Assembly: GCA_012729785.1 (NCBI GenBank)
Contig: JAAYCL010000036.1
Location: forward strand, 59,174 to 123,173
Length of the DNA stretch: 64,000 bases
Source of the DNA: Chlamydiota bacterium
GTDB lineage: Bacteria > Auribacterota > Tritonobacteria > UBA1439
Direction: 5' to 3'
The notes under the pieces were generated by a model that saw only the letters and a list, made by a program, of their open reading frames with translations, did not search any database and was not told where the DNA came from. Positions 28,563-38,501 of this stretch are shown piece by piece. Made by a program: the position numbers and the translations under genes. Numbering within the stretch: position 1 is the stretch's first letter; each line of letters begins with the position of its first letter.

Positions 28563-29126
28563 ATGAGATTCGTCCGATCCGCGATACTGGTCGTCTTCAC
28601 CGCCGCCGCGCTCTCGTTCGGCGCGATCCTGCTCTGGGCGTTTTTCGCCGACGCGGGCCTCGCCCCGATGCCGTTCGACCCGGCGGAGACCGTCGCGGCC
28701 CTCTTCCAGACGCCCTGGAACTGGCGCGCGGGGCTCGTCTTCCTGGCGGCGGGGGCGGCGGTCATCCTGCTGAAGATGCGCGAGATGCGCCGGGAGCAGT
28801 GCATCGCCTTCGACAACCCCAGCGGCGAGGTGGCGATCTCGATGGACGCGGTCGAGGAGTTCATCCGACGCGTCGGCGCGGGGTTCAACGGCGTCAAGAG
28901 CCTCGTGCCGAGGATCCACGCCGAGGCGGAGGGGATCGGCATCGCCGTGCGGATGGACGTCTGGTCGGGGGTCAACATACCCCGGCTGATCGAGGATATG
29001 CAGAACGCCATCAAGAACAAGGTCCAGGATTCGCTCGGGGTCAACGTGAGCGGGGTGAGCGTCAGCGTCGGCAGGATACTCGGCGACGCGGCCGAGACGG
29101 TCGAGGCCGACGACACGCTGGACTGA
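28563..29126 (+). CDS. Asp23/Gls24-family (alkaline-shock) domain protein with an N-terminal membrane anchor, AmaP-like
   Basis: Two N-terminal transmembrane helices followed by a region resembling Asp23 (EVAISMDAVEEFIRRVGAGFNGV...IEDMQNAIKNKVQDSLGVNVSGVSVSV). Confidence 0.5.
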   Translation: MRFVRSAILVVFTAAALSFGAILLWAFFADAGLAPMPFDPAETVAALFQTPWNWRAGLVFLAAGAAVILLKMREMRREQCIAFDNPSGEVAISMDAVEEFIRRVGAGFNGVKSLVPRIHAEAEGIGIAVRMDVWSGVNIPRLIEDMQNAIKNKVQDSLGVNVSGVSVSVGRILGDAAETVEADDTLD

Positions 29127-29141
29127 ATCGGGAGGGGGCGG

Positions 29142-30167
29142 ATGAAGAAGATAGGGATCCTCACCGGCGGGGGCGACTGCCCGGGCCTCAACCCGGTCAT
29201 CGCGGGCGTCGTGCGCAGGGCGATGCGGGAGGGGTTCGAGGTGGCGGGGATACGCCGCGGCTGGAAGGGGATGCTCGAGTGCGACGAGATCCCGCTCGGG
29301 ATCGAGGATGTCATCGGCATCGTGCGCGAGGGGGGGACCATCCTCAAGACCTCCCGCACGAACCCGTGCGCCAGCCCCGACCTGATGACGAAGGTCGTGG
29401 AGAACTTCCGGAAGATGAAGCTCCACGCCCTGGTCGCCGTCGGCGGGGACGACACGCTGGGGGCGGCGAAGAAGCTCTTCGACGCGGGGCTCTTCACGGT
29501 GGGGATCCCCAAGACGATCGACAACGACCTCTCGGGCACGGACCGCACCTTCGGCTTCGACACGGCCGTCAACACGGCGATGGAGGCGTGCGACCGTCTC
29601 GCCACGACGGCGGAGTCGCACGAGCGCGTGATGGTCGTCGAGATCATGGGCCGGCACGCGGGCTGGATGGCCCTCTGGGCCGGCCTCGCGGGCGGGGCGG
29701 CGTACATCCTCATCCCGGAGGCCAAAACCGACCTCGACGACCTCTGCCGCGTCCTGCGGGAGCGCCACGAGACCCGCTGCGACTTCAGCATCGTGGCCGT
29801 GGCGGAGGGGGCGGACCTCGGCGGCGACATGCATCTCCAGTGCGGCGAGAAGGACGCGTTCGGGCACGTTCGCCTCGGCGGCATCGGGGAACGGCTCGCC
29901 GCGGAGATCCAGAAGCGGACCGGCTACGAGACGCGGCACGTCGTCCTCGGACACCTCCAACGGGGCGGGAGGCCGACGGCGCTCGACCGGTTCATCGGCC
30001 TCCGGTTCGGGGCGCACGCGGTCGAGCTGGTCAAGGAGGGGCGGTTCGGCAGGATGGTCAGCCTCCAGGGGAACACGGTGACCTCCGTCCCCCTGGCGGA
30101 CGCCGTGTCGAGATTGAAGACGGTGCCGCGGGAGCTCTATGAAGAAGCGCGCCTTTTCTTTGGCTAG
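29142..30167 (+). CDS. pfkA: 6-phosphofructokinase
   Basis: MKKIGILTGGGDCPGLN, VGGDDTLG and GIPKTIDND motifs. Confidence 0.9.
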   Translation: MKKIGILTGGGDCPGLNPVIAGVVRRAMREGFEVAGIRRGWKGMLECDEIPLGIEDVIGIVREGGTILKTSRTNPCASPDLMTKVVENFRKMKLHALVAVGGDDTLGAAKKLFDAGLFTVGIPKTIDNDLSGTDRTFGFDTAVNTAMEACDRLATTAESHERVMVVEIMGRHAGWMALWAGLAGGAAYILIPEAKTDLDDLCRVLRERHETRCDFSIVAVAEGADLGGDMHLQCGEKDAFGHVRLGGIGERLAAEIQKRTGYETRHVVLGHLQRGGRPTALDRFIGLRFGAHAVELVKEGRFGRMVSLQGNTVTSVPLADAVSRLKTVPRELYEEARLFFG

Positions 30168-30168
30168 C

Positions 30169-30741
30169 ATGCGGGCCCGTGTCGAGGCGGAGCTCGGCGA
30201 GTCGGCCGCCCTCCTGCTGCGCCTCTCGAAGGAGGAGAGCGGCGCGCTCTGCCGGATGGCGGGGGCCGTCGCGGACCGTCTCCGGGAGGGGAGGGCGCTC
30301 CTCGTCTGCGGCAACGGCGGGAGCGCCGCGGACGCCCAGCACCTCGCCGGGGAGCTCGTCGGGCGGTTCATGCTCGAGCGCGCGCCGCTGCGCTGCCTCG
30401 CCCTCTCCTCCGACATCGCGGTCATCACCGCCGTCGGGAACGACTACGGCTTCGCGCACGTCTTCGCGCGGCAGGTCGCCGCGCACGGGCGGGAGGGGGA
30501 CGTCCTGCTCCTCCTCTCGACGAGCGGGGTCTCGCCGAACCTCCTCGAGGCGGCGCGCGAGGCGCGGCGGAGGGGGATGTGCGTCCTGGCCCTGAGCGGG
30601 AGGGACGGGGGGCCGCTCGCCCGGGAGGCGGATCTGTGCATCACGGTCCCCTCGCGTAGTTCTCCGCGCATCCAGGAAGCCCACGCCGCGCTCGGCCACA
30701 TCCTCTGCGGCCTCGTCGAGCAGGAGCTTTTCGGGAGCTGA
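30169..30741 (+). CDS. gmhA: D-sedoheptulose-7-phosphate isomerase (SIS domain)
   Basis: [17 protein letters not shown] and LLLSTSG SIS-domain motifs. 191 aa. The ATG is 1 nt after the pfkA stop; an in-frame upstream ATG at 30139 would overlap pfkA. Confidence 0.85.
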   Translation: MRARVEAELGESAALLLRLSKEESGALCRMAGAVADRLREGRALLVCGNGGSAADAQHLAGELVGRFMLERAPLRCLALSSDIAVITAVGNDYGFAHVFARQVAAHGREGDVLLLLSTSGVSPNLLEAAREARRRGMCVLALSGRDGGPLAREADLCITVPSRSSPRIQEAHAALGHILCGLVEQELFGS

Positions 30742-30770
30742 GGCCGCGGCTTTGCGCATCCCGTCGGGCT

Positions 30771-31280
30771 GTGCAGTCCATGAAGACGAAGATCCGATCG
30801 AGGCGCGGGATGCGGGCCGAGGCGCGCCGCCTGAAGGCGGCGGGGAGGAAGATCGTCTTCACGAACGGCTGTTTCGACCTTTTGCACCTCGGCCACGCCC
30901 GTTACCTGGAAAAGGCCCGGGCGCTCGGCGATGTCCTTATCGTGGGCCTCAACAGCGACCGTTCCGTCCGGAGGCTCAAAGGGGCGGGGAGGCCGCTGGT
31001 GCCCGAGGCGGACAGGGCGGAGATGCTCGCCGCGCTCGAGGCGGTGGACTACGTGACGATCTTCGGCGAGGAGACCCCCGCGGCGCTCGTCGCGGAGATC
31101 CGGCCCGACGTCATCGTCAAGGGCGGGGACTACCGGCCGGAGGAGGTGGCGGGGGCCGAAACGGTCGCCGCGTCGGGCGGGAGGGTGGCCATCGTCCCGC
31201 TGGTGGAGGGGCGCTCCACCACCGGCCTCATCGCGAGGGCCGCGCGCCTCCGCACCCCGGGGAAGAAGCCGGTTCGATGA
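30771..31280 (+). CDS. hldC: D-glycero-beta-D-manno-heptose-1-phosphate adenylyltransferase (HldE domain II / HldC, cytidylyltransferase-like)
   Basis: [20 protein letters not shown]...[14 protein letters not shown]...VVKGGDY is colinear with the C-terminal domain of E. coli HldE. No kinase domain is fused. Confidence 0.85.
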   Translation: MQSMKTKIRSRRGMRAEARRLKAAGRKIVFTNGCFDLLHLGHARYLEKARALGDVLIVGLNSDRSVRRLKGAGRPLVPEADRAEMLAALEAVDYVTIFGEETPAALVAEIRPDVIVKGGDYRPEEVAGAETVAASGGRVAIVPLVEGRSTTGLIARAARLRTPGKKPVR

Positions 31281-31981
31281 GACGGCGACCGCGCTCCCTC
31301 CCGCCCCGCGGGGCGCACGGTCCGGCGGACCAGAACGCGCGCCGCCCCCGCAACGGCCTCTACCTCGTCCTCGACCGCGATCTCCTCGGCGGCCGCGACG
31401 CGGCGGCGCTGCTCGAATCGCTCCTCGCCGCGGGCGTCGAGTGGGTCCAGTACCGCGACAAGCGCTCGGCGGACCGGGAGGTCGCCGCCGAACTGGGGCG
31501 GCTGGGGCCCCTCTGCCGCGCGGCGGGGGCGAAACTCATCGTGAACGACCGCGCGGCCCTCGCCGCCGCCGCCTGCGTGGACGGGGTGCATCTGGGCGCG
31601 TCGGATATGCCGGTCGTTGATGCGCGGCGGACCCTCGGGCCGGGGAAGCTGATCGGCGGGAGCGTCGACACGGTCGGGGAGGCGCTGCGCGCCGCGGCCG
31701 CGGGGGCCGATTATCTGGGCGCGGGGGCGGTCTTTCCGACCGCCACGAAAAAGGACGCGGCGGTCCTGGGTCTGGACGGCCTCGCAAGGATATGCCGGGC
31801 GGCGAAGATCCCCGTCGTGGCGATCGGCGGGATCGACCGGACCCGGGTCGCGGCGGCGCTCGCGGCGGGCGCGTCCGGAATCGCCGTCGCCTCCGCGGTG
31901 CTGCGCGCCGGCGATCCCGCCGCCGAGGCGCGGCTGCTCATCGAGGAGATCGGGAGGGCGCGGCGGGCGGGGGGGCGATGA
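31277..31981 (+). CDS. thiE: Thiamine-phosphate synthase
   Basis: LYLVLD...VQYRDK...[19 protein letters not shown]-barrel ThiE motifs. ATGA overlap with hldC. Confidence 0.85.
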   Translation: MRRRPRSLPPRGAHGPADQNARRPRNGLYLVLDRDLLGGRDAAALLESLLAAGVEWVQYRDKRSADREVAAELGRLGPLCRAAGAKLIVNDRAALAAAACVDGVHLGASDMPVVDARRTLGPGKLIGGSVDTVGEALRAAAAGADYLGAGAVFPTATKKDAAVLGLDGLARICRAAKIPVVAIGGIDRTRVAAALAAGASGIAVASAVLRAGDPAAEARLLIEEIGRARRAGGR

Positions 31982-33276
31982 AGAGACCGGTCAGGCAGAT
32001 CGTCGAGGCCAGGAAGGGGAACCTCACCGCCGAGATGCGGGCGGTGGCCCGCCTCGAAAAAGTGGCGCCCGGATTCGTGCTGGAGTCGGTGGCGGCGGGG
32101 ACCGTCGTGATCCCGCGGAACCGGCGGCACCGGCACGCCGGGCCGTGCGGCATCGGAACGGGCCTCCGGACCAAGGTGAACGCCAACCTCGGCACCTCCG
32201 CGGACGTGGCGGGTCTCGGCCTCGAAGTCGCGAAGCTCCGGGCGGCGGTCGGAGCCGGCGCCGACGCGGTGATGGATCTCTCCACCGGCGGCGACCTCGC
32301 GGCGATCAGGCGGAAAATCCTCGCCGCCAGCCGCCTGCCCGTCGGCACGGTGCCGGTCTACCAGGCCGCGGTGGGCAGGGCGCGGGCGGGCGGGGGGATC
32401 GCCTCGATGACCGAGGACGAGATCTTCGAGGCGATCGAGGAGCACGCCGCGGACGGGGTGGATTTCGTCACCGTCCACTGCGGCGTCACGCGCGCCGCCC
32501 TCGACCGTATGCGCCGGCAGGGGCGCCTGATGGACGTGGTGAGCCGCGGGGGCGCGTTCCTCGTGACATGGATGGTCGCCAACGACCGGGAGAACCCGCT
32601 CTGGCGCGACTTCGGCCGCCTCGTCGAGATCGCGGCGCGGTACGATCTGGCGCTCAGTCTCGGCGACGCGATGCGGCCCGGATGCATCGCCGATGCCAAC
32701 GACCGGGCGCAGTTCCAGGAGCTGATCGCGCTCGGGGAGCTGCGGGCGCACGCGCACCGGGAGGGGGTGCAGACGATGATCGAGGGGCCCGGGCATGTGC
32801 CGATTCACCAGATCGAGGAGAACGTGAAGCTCGAAAAGGCGCTCTGCGGCGGCGCGCCGTTCTACGTCCTGGGGCCGCTCGTGACGGACGTGGCCCCGGG
32901 GTACGACCATATCGCCTGCGCGATCGGCGGCGCCGTCGCCGGGGCGGCAGGAGCGGACTTCCTCTGCTACGTGACCCCCGCCGAGCACCTCGGCCTCCCC
33001 GGTCCCGCGGATGTCCGCGAGGGGGTGATCGCCGCCCGGATCGCCGCGCACGCCGCGGACCTCGCCAAGGGGGTCCCCGGGGCGGCGCAGTGGGACCTGG
33101 AGATGGCGCGGCGGCGGAAGCGGCGGGACTGGGACGGGATGCTCCGGCTCGCGTTGGATCCGGCGAGGGCGCGCCTGATCCGGAAGGCCAGCCCGCCGCG
33201 CCTCGCCGACGTCTGCACGATGTGCGGGGAGTTTTGCGCGATAAAAACGGTTGAAAAGTATCTCGGGAAAGGGTGA
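31978..33276 (+). CDS. thiC: Phosphomethylpyrimidine synthase
   Basis: High colinearity with ThiC, including the C-terminal CTMCGEFCA cluster motif. ATGA overlap with thiE. Confidence 0.95.
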   Translation: MKRPVRQIVEARKGNLTAEMRAVARLEKVAPGFVLESVAAGTVVIPRNRRHRHAGPCGIGTGLRTKVNANLGTSADVAGLGLEVAKLRAAVGAGADAVMDLSTGGDLAAIRRKILAASRLPVGTVPVYQAAVGRARAGGGIASMTEDEIFEAIEEHAADGVDFVTVHCGVTRAALDRMRRQGRLMDVVSRGGAFLVTWMVANDRENPLWRDFGRLVEIAARYDLALSLGDAMRPGCIADANDRAQFQELIALGELRAHAHREGVQTMIEGPGHVPIHQIEENVKLEKALCGGAPFYVLGPLVTDVAPGYDHIACAIGGAVAGAAGADFLCYVTPAEHLGLPGPADVREGVIAARIAAHAADLAKGVPGAAQWDLEMARRRKRRDWDGMLRLALDPARARLIRKASPPRLADVCTMCGEFCAIKTVEKYLGKG

Positions 33277-33309
33277 GAATACGCGCGGCGCAACGGAAAG
33301 GACGTGCAG

Positions 33310-34212
33310 ATGAGCATCCTCGTGGTCGGTTCGGTGGCGCTGGACACCGTGGAGACGCCGTTCGGCAGGAGGGAGCGGGCGCTGGGCGGCTCCGCCACCT
33401 TCTTCTCCGTCTCGGCGAGTTTCTTCGCCCCGGTGAACCTCGTGGCCGTGGTGGGGAAGGACTTCCCGAAGGAGCACGTCGAGTTCCTCAAGTCACGCAA
33501 GATCAACACGCGCGGCCTGAAGGTCCTCGACGGAGAGACGTTCCACTGGATCGGGTCGTACAAGTACGACATGAACGAGGCGATCACCCACTCGACCTGC
33601 CTGAACGTCTTCGAGCAGTTCAAGCCCGAGATCCCGAAGGAGTACCGCGGCAAAGGGTGCCTGTTCCTCGCGAACATCGACCCGGAGCTCCAGATGTCGG
33701 TGCTCGACCAGATGGAGAACCCGAAGCTCGTCGCCTGCGACACGATGAACTTCTGGATCCGGGGGAAGCGGGACGCGCTCGTCGCGCTCCTCAAAAAGGT
33801 CCAGATCGTGGTGCTGAACGAGGCGGAGGCGCGCCAGCTCACGGAGCAGCCCAACCTCGTGAAGGCGGCCAAGATCATAATGGCGTGGGGCCCGTCGAAC
33901 GTGGTGATCAAGAAGGGGGAACACGGCGCGCTCCTCTTCGGCAAAGAGGGGATCTTCTCGGCGCCCGGTTTCCCGATGGAGGATATCGCGGACCCGACGG
34001 GGGCGGGAGACACCTTCGCGGGCGGGTTCATGGGGCACCTGGCGCGCGAGAAGAAGGCGGACTGGCAGACGCTCAGGCAGGCCACGATCTACGGCAGCGT
34101 GATGGCGTCGTTCAACGTCGAGGATTTCAGTCTCGACCGGATGCGGACGCTCACCGACAAGGAGATCGCCTACCGGTATCGCCAGTTCGTCACGCTGGCC
34201 TGCTTCGAGTAG
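33310..34212 (+). CDS. PfkB/ribokinase-family carbohydrate kinase (candidate heptose-7-phosphate kinase, HldA-like)
   Basis: N-terminal ILVVGSVALDTV and the C-terminal DPTGAGDTFAGGF anion-hole motif of the PfkB family. Lower GC and a Lys/Asn-rich composition relative to its neighbours. Confidence 0.75.
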   Translation: MSILVVGSVALDTVETPFGRRERALGGSATFFSVSASFFAPVNLVAVVGKDFPKEHVEFLKSRKINTRGLKVLDGETFHWIGSYKYDMNEAITHSTCLNVFEQFKPEIPKEYRGKGCLFLANIDPELQMSVLDQMENPKLVACDTMNFWIRGKRDALVALLKKVQIVVLNEAEARQLTEQPNLVKAAKIIMAWGPSNVVIKKGEHGALLFGKEGIFSAPGFPMEDIADPTGAGDTFAGGFMGHLAREKKADWQTLRQATIYGSVMASFNVEDFSLDRMRTLTDKEIAYRYRQFVTLACFE

Positions 34213-34381
34213 GGGGGGGCGTCTTCCCCGTCTTCCCGTGCGGCGGCGGAGGCGGGGCGCGCCCGGGCCGCGGAGCCGCGGCAATCCTTTCCCCCGCGAC
34301 CGGTGATTCCTTCTCCCCGTTGCGGGGAAGGGGGACGCCCGGAAACGCCGAGGTGCAGGTTGCCATCGGGACGTCCGCGGT

Positions 34382-34390
34382 GCTATACTG
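34382..34390 (+). promoter_or_regulatory. Putative extended -10 element TGcTATACT upstream of tRNA-Gly
   Basis: TGn plus TATACT ends 18 nt before the mature tRNA 5' end. A possible TTGCCA -35 lies 19 nt upstream. Confidence 0.3.
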
Positions 34391-34408
34391 TGTCCGCTCT
34401 TCAGCGAG

Positions 34409-34481
34409 CGGGTGTAGCTCAGTGGTAGAGCTCCAGCTTCCCAAGCTGGCTATGAGGGTTCGATTCCCTTCACCCGCTCCA
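34409..34481 (+). tRNA. tRNA-Gly (anticodon CCC/UCC class; the anticodon loop reads as only 6 nt)
   Basis: The acceptor stem GCGGGTG/CACCCGC is followed by T and CCA. The D-arm is GCTC-AGTGGTA-GAGC. The T-arm GAGGG-TTCGATT-CCCTT is identical to E. coli glyU. The anticodon stem CCAGC/GCTGG encloses TTCCAA. Confidence 0.8.
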
Positions 34482-34534
34482 GCTCATGCCCGCCGGCATC
34501 GGTCGCGCGCAGACGCGGCGAAAAGGATCCACCG

Positions 34535-34987
34535 GTGAGATTCACGCACGTCAATATCATCGCGGCGGATTGGGACGCCCTCGCCCGGTTCTACGAGGAT
34601 ATCTTCGGCTGCGTCCGGATCCCGCCCGAGCGCCGGATCTCCGACCCGTGGCTCACGCGGGGGACCGGCGTGCCGGGGGCGAGTTTGCGCGGGCTGAAGC
34701 TGACGCTCCCGGGCTGCGGCGCAGACGGGCCGCTCCTGGAGATCTTCCAGTTCTCCGAGGAGGAGGAGAAGCACCCCCCGCGGGCGAACCGGCGGGGGTT
34801 CGGCCACCTCGCCTTCGAGGTCGAAGACGTCGCGGGCACGCTCGCACGGATCGTCGCGGGCGGCGGATCCGCGCTCGGGGAGGTGACCGCCCACGAGGAC
34901 GAACGGGGGAGGTTCACCTTCGTCTTCGCGGCCGACCCCGAGGGGAACGTGGTCGAACTGACGAACTGGCGCCCGCGCGCCTCGTAG
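34535..34987 (+). CDS. VOC-family (glyoxalase/bleomycin-resistance/dioxygenase fold) protein
   Basis: FTHVNIIAADWDALARFYEDIFG and GFGHLAFEVEDV resemble the paired beta-alpha-beta-beta-beta modules of the VOC superfamily. Confidence 0.65.
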   Translation: MRFTHVNIIAADWDALARFYEDIFGCVRIPPERRISDPWLTRGTGVPGASLRGLKLTLPGCGADGPLLEIFQFSEEEEKHPPRANRRGFGHLAFEVEDVAGTLARIVAGGGSALGEVTAHEDERGRFTFVFAADPEGNVVELTNWRPRAS

Positions 34988-35099
34988 CGTCTTCGCCGCA
35001 ATCCCCCGAATCCCCGCCGATCCCCGGTACCCCTTTCCCGCGCGGGCCGCGTATGCTAGAATGCCTAGTTCTCGAACGGTATCTCGAGGGGGGGGAGGT

Positions 35100-35387
35100 A
35101 TGCCGATCAGCCGGAAGGACGTGGAGTACGTCGCGCGCCTCGCGCGCCTCCGCCTCTCCGAGGAGGAGAAGGAACGCCTCACCGTGCAACTCGGGGAGAT
35201 CGTCGGCTACGTCGAGAAGCTGAACGAGCTCGACACGGCGGACGTGGAGCCGACCGCGCACGTCCTCCCGCTGCGGAACATAACCCGCCCGGACGAGGTG
35301 CGCCCCTGCCTGGACCGCGACGAGGCGCTGCGGCTCGCCCCGAAGGCGGGCGAGGGGTTCTTCAGGGTCCCGCAGATCATCGAATGA
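35100..35387 (+). CDS. gatC: Asp-tRNA(Asn)/Glu-tRNA(Gln) amidotransferase subunit C
   Basis: MPISRKDVEYVARLARLRLSEEEKERL...PLRNITRPDE is the GatC consensus. GGGGAGG RBS. Confidence 0.85.
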   Translation: MPISRKDVEYVARLARLRLSEEEKERLTVQLGEIVGYVEKLNELDTADVEPTAHVLPLRNITRPDEVRPCLDRDEALRLAPKAGEGFFRVPQIIE

Positions 35388-36877
35388 GGCGTGAACGGCC
35401 TGAACGGGAGCGTGGCGTGGAACTGACGGATCTGACGGTTTCGGAGGCGGCTGCGGCGGTGCGGAAACGGGACTGCTCCTCCCGCGAGCTCACCGCCGCC
35501 TGTCTCGCGCGCATCGCCGCGGCCGACGGCGCCGTCCATGCGTTCATCGAGCGCTGCGAGGAGAGCGCCCTGAAGGAGGCGGACGCCGCGGACAGGCGCC
35601 TCGCCTCCGGCGAGGCGCCCGGACGGATCGAGGGGGTCCCGATCGGCCTGAAGGACAACCTCTGCGTGGAGGGGAGGGTCGCCGGGTGCGCGTCGAAAAG
35701 CCTGGAGGGGTTCGCCGCCCCGTACACCGCCACCGCGGTCGAACGCCTCCGCCGCGAGGGGGCGGTGCTCCTCGGCCGGCTGAACATGGACGAGTTCGCG
35801 ATGGGCTCCTCCACGGAGAACTCCTGCCACGGCGTGACGAGGAACCCGTGGGACACGGAGCGGGTGCCGGGGGGGTCGAGCGGCGGCGCGGCCGCGGCGG
35901 TCGCCGCCCGTGAAATCCCGGCCGCCCTCGGCTCCGACACGGGCGGCTCCGTCCGCCAGCCGGCGGCCTTCTGCGGCGTCGCGGGCCTCAAGCCCACCTA
36001 CGGGCGCGTCTCCCGCTACGGTCTGATCGCCTTCGCCTCCTCCCTCGACCAGATCGGGCCTATCGCCCGAAGCGTGCGCGACATCGCCCTGCTCCTGGAG
36101 ATCATCGGGGGGCGCGACCCGCGCGACTCGACCTCCGTCGACGTCCCCGTCGCCGGTCTCTCCGGCCAACTCGAGGCCGGCCTCGCGGGGATGCGCCTCG
36201 GCGTCCCGCGTGAGTACTTCATCGAGGGGATGGATGCGGAGGTGCGGGCGGCGGTCGAGGCCGCGATCGCCCGGATGCAGGCCCTCGGCGCCGAGACGGT
36301 GGAGCTGAACCTGCCCCACACCGGCTACGCCGTCGCCGCCCAGTACATCATCGCCACCGCCGAGGCGAGCTCGAACCTCGCCCGCTTCGACGGCGTCCTG
36401 TACGGGTACCGCGCCTCGCGCCCGGCGGACCTCCTCGAGATGTACGAGCGCACGAAGTCCGAGGGGTTCGGCGACGAGGTGAAGCGCCGGGTGATGCTCG
36501 GCACGCACGTCCTCAGCTCCGGCTACTACGACGCCTACTACCGTAAAGCCCAGAAGGCGCGCACGCTCATGAAGGAGGACTTCGAGAAGGCGTTCCAGCG
36601 ATGCGACATGATCGCCACCCCGGTCACGCCGACGGCGGCGTTCAGGCTCGGGGAGAAGACGGCCGACCCGCTCCGGATGTACCTCTCGGACATCTTCACC
36701 ATCTCCGCCAATCTGGCCGGCGTCCCCGCCCTCTCGATCCCCTGCGGCTTCACCTCCGGCGGCCTTCCGGTCGGCCTCCAGCTCCTCGGCCGCCCGTTCG
36801 GCGAGGCGGAGATCTTCAGGGCGGCGCACGCCTACGAGCGCGCCACGGAGTGGCACACGAGAAAGCCGCCGGTATGA
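35384..36877 (+). CDS. gatA: Glutamyl-tRNA(Gln) amidotransferase subunit A
   Basis: Amidase signature GGSSGGAAAAVA and the conserved Ser-cisSer-Lys region. ATGA overlap with gatC; an alternative GTG start lies at 35414. Confidence 0.95.
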   Translation: MRRERPERERGVELTDLTVSEAAAAVRKRDCSSRELTAACLARIAAADGAVHAFIERCEESALKEADAADRRLASGEAPGRIEGVPIGLKDNLCVEGRVAGCASKSLEGFAAPYTATAVERLRREGAVLLGRLNMDEFAMGSSTENSCHGVTRNPWDTERVPGGSSGGAAAAVAAREIPAALGSDTGGSVRQPAAFCGVAGLKPTYGRVSRYGLIAFASSLDQIGPIARSVRDIALLLEIIGGRDPRDSTSVDVPVAGLSGQLEAGLAGMRLGVPREYFIEGMDAEVRAAVEAAIARMQALGAETVELNLPHTGYAVAAQYIIATAEASSNLARFDGVLYGYRASRPADLLEMYERTKSEGFGDEVKRRVMLGTHVLSSGYYDAYYRKAQKARTLMKEDFEKAFQRCDMIATPVTPTAAFRLGEKTADPLRMYLSDIFTISANLAGVPALSIPCGFTSGGLPVGLQLLGRPFGEAEIFRAAHAYERATEWHTRKPPV

Positions 36878-36949
36878 CGCGGCGGCGAACGACGATTCGA
36901 TCGACGGCGCCCCCCGCCCGGGGCCCCGGATCGGCCGGAGAGGCGAAAG

Positions 36950-38383
36950 ATGCCTGACTACGAGGCGGTCATAGGGCTCGAGGTGCACGTGCAGCTGAAG
37001 ACCCGGTCCAAGGTCTTCTGCGGCTGCCCGGTCGCCTTCGGCCTGCCGCCCAACCAGGCGGTCTGCCCCGTCTGCCTCGGCCTGCCCGGCTCGCTCCCGG
37101 TGCTGAACGAGGAGGCGCTCCGGTGCGCGGTGTTGACGGGGATGATGCTGGGCTGCCGCGTCGCCCCGTTCAGCAAGTTCGACCGGAAGAACTACTTCTA
37201 CCCCGACCTCCCCAAGAACTACCAGATCTCCCAGTACGACCTCCCGCTCTGTTCCGGCGGCTTTCTCGAGATCGAGGCGCCCGGGGGCCGGCGGCGCGTC
37301 GGCATCACCCGCGTCCACCTCGAGGAGGACGCGGGGAAGCTCATCCACTCCGAAACGCCCGGCGGGGACTCGTCCGTGGACTACAACCGGGCCGGCGTCC
37401 CGCTCCTCGAGATCGTCAGCGAGCCGGAGCTCGCCTCGCCCGAGGAGGCGTGCGCGTACCTGAAGGCCCTGAAGCTCTCGCTTCAGTACCTCGGCGTCTC
37501 GGACTGCGACATGGAGAAGGGGAGCCTCCGGTGCGATGCGAATGTCTCGATCCGCCCCCGCGGCGCCTCCGCGCTCGGCGTGAAGGTCGAGGTGAAGAAT
37601 ATGAACTCGTTCCGGGCGGTCGGGAAGGCGCTGGCGCACGAGATCGAGCGGCAGACGCGCCTCGTCGATGCGGGCGGACAGGTCGCGCAGGAGACGCGCC
37701 TCTGGGAGGCCGACCGCGAGGAGACGCGCCCGATGCGGAGCAAGGAGGAGGCCCACGACTACCGTTACTTCCCCGATCCGGATCTCCCCCCGGTCGTCCC
37801 CGGCGAGGCGTGGCTGCGCTCCCTCGCCGCGGCGCTGCCCGAGGCCCCCCTCGCGCGGCGCGACCGGTTCGTCGCCTCGTACCGCCTCTCCGCCTACGAC
37901 GCGGATCTGCTCACCTCGGAGCGCGGCCTCGCGGACTACTTCGAGGCGACGGTGGCGGCCGGGGCGGCTCCGAAGGCGGCGGCGAACTTCATGATGGGGG
38001 AGATGCTGCGGGCGCTCAAGGAGGAGGGGATCGAGGCCTCCGCGTGCCGCGCGCGCCCGGAGGGCCTTGCCGAGCTGCTCACGCTCGTCGCATCGGGGAG
38101 CATCAGCGCCGCGACCGGCAAGAAGGTCTTCGCCGAGATGCGCAGGACCGGCGAGGGGGCGAAAAGAATCGTCGCCGCCGCCAACCTCGCCCAGATCAGC
38201 GACGAGCGGGAACTCGCCCGCATCGTCGACGAGACGATCGCCGCCAACCCGAACTCCGCCCGGGATTACCGGGCCGGCAAAACACAGGCGCTCGGCTTCC
38301 TGATGGGGCAGGCGATGAAGGCGACGAAGGGGAAGGGAAACCCGCAGCGAATGCGCGCCTTGCTGAAGGAGAGACTGGGGTAG
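36950..38383 (+). CDS. gatB: Asp-tRNA(Asn)/Glu-tRNA(Gln) amidotransferase subunit B
   Basis: MPDYEAVIGLEVHVQLKTRSKVFCGC is the canonical GatB N-terminus. 477 aa. Confidence 0.95.
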   Translation: MPDYEAVIGLEVHVQLKTRSKVFCGCPVAFGLPPNQAVCPVCLGLPGSLPVLNEEALRCAVLTGMMLGCRVAPFSKFDRKNYFYPDLPKNYQISQYDLPLCSGGFLEIEAPGGRRRVGITRVHLEEDAGKLIHSETPGGDSSVDYNRAGVPLLEIVSEPELASPEEACAYLKALKLSLQYLGVSDCDMEKGSLRCDANVSIRPRGASALGVKVEVKNMNSFRAVGKALAHEIERQTRLVDAGGQVAQETRLWEADREETRPMRSKEEAHDYRYFPDPDLPPVVPGEAWLRSLAAALPEAPLARRDRFVASYRLSAYDADLLTSERGLADYFEATVAAGAAPKAAANFMMGEMLRALKEEGIEASACRARPEGLAELLTLVASGSISAATGKKVFAEMRRTGEGAKRIVAAANLAQISDERELARIVDETIAANPNSARDYRAGKTQALGFLMGQAMKATKGKGNPQRMRALLKERLG

Positions 38384-38501
38384 CGGCGCCCCCGCCCGGC
38401 CGGGGGGGAGCGGGAGAAACCGGCGGGAGAAACCGGATGACGAGACGGCGGTTCCGTAGTACGCTTGCAGTTAGGCGCGCGTGTCCGCGAACGATCGGCC
38501 T

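Noticed and set aside
26622-30428. 1268-aa ORF on the - strand
   Set aside because: It lies antisense to accB, accC, the Asp23-like gene, pfkA and gmhA, which all have strong homology-supported frames. The translation is low-complexity (R/P/G/D/E-rich) with no domain. GC-driven artefact.
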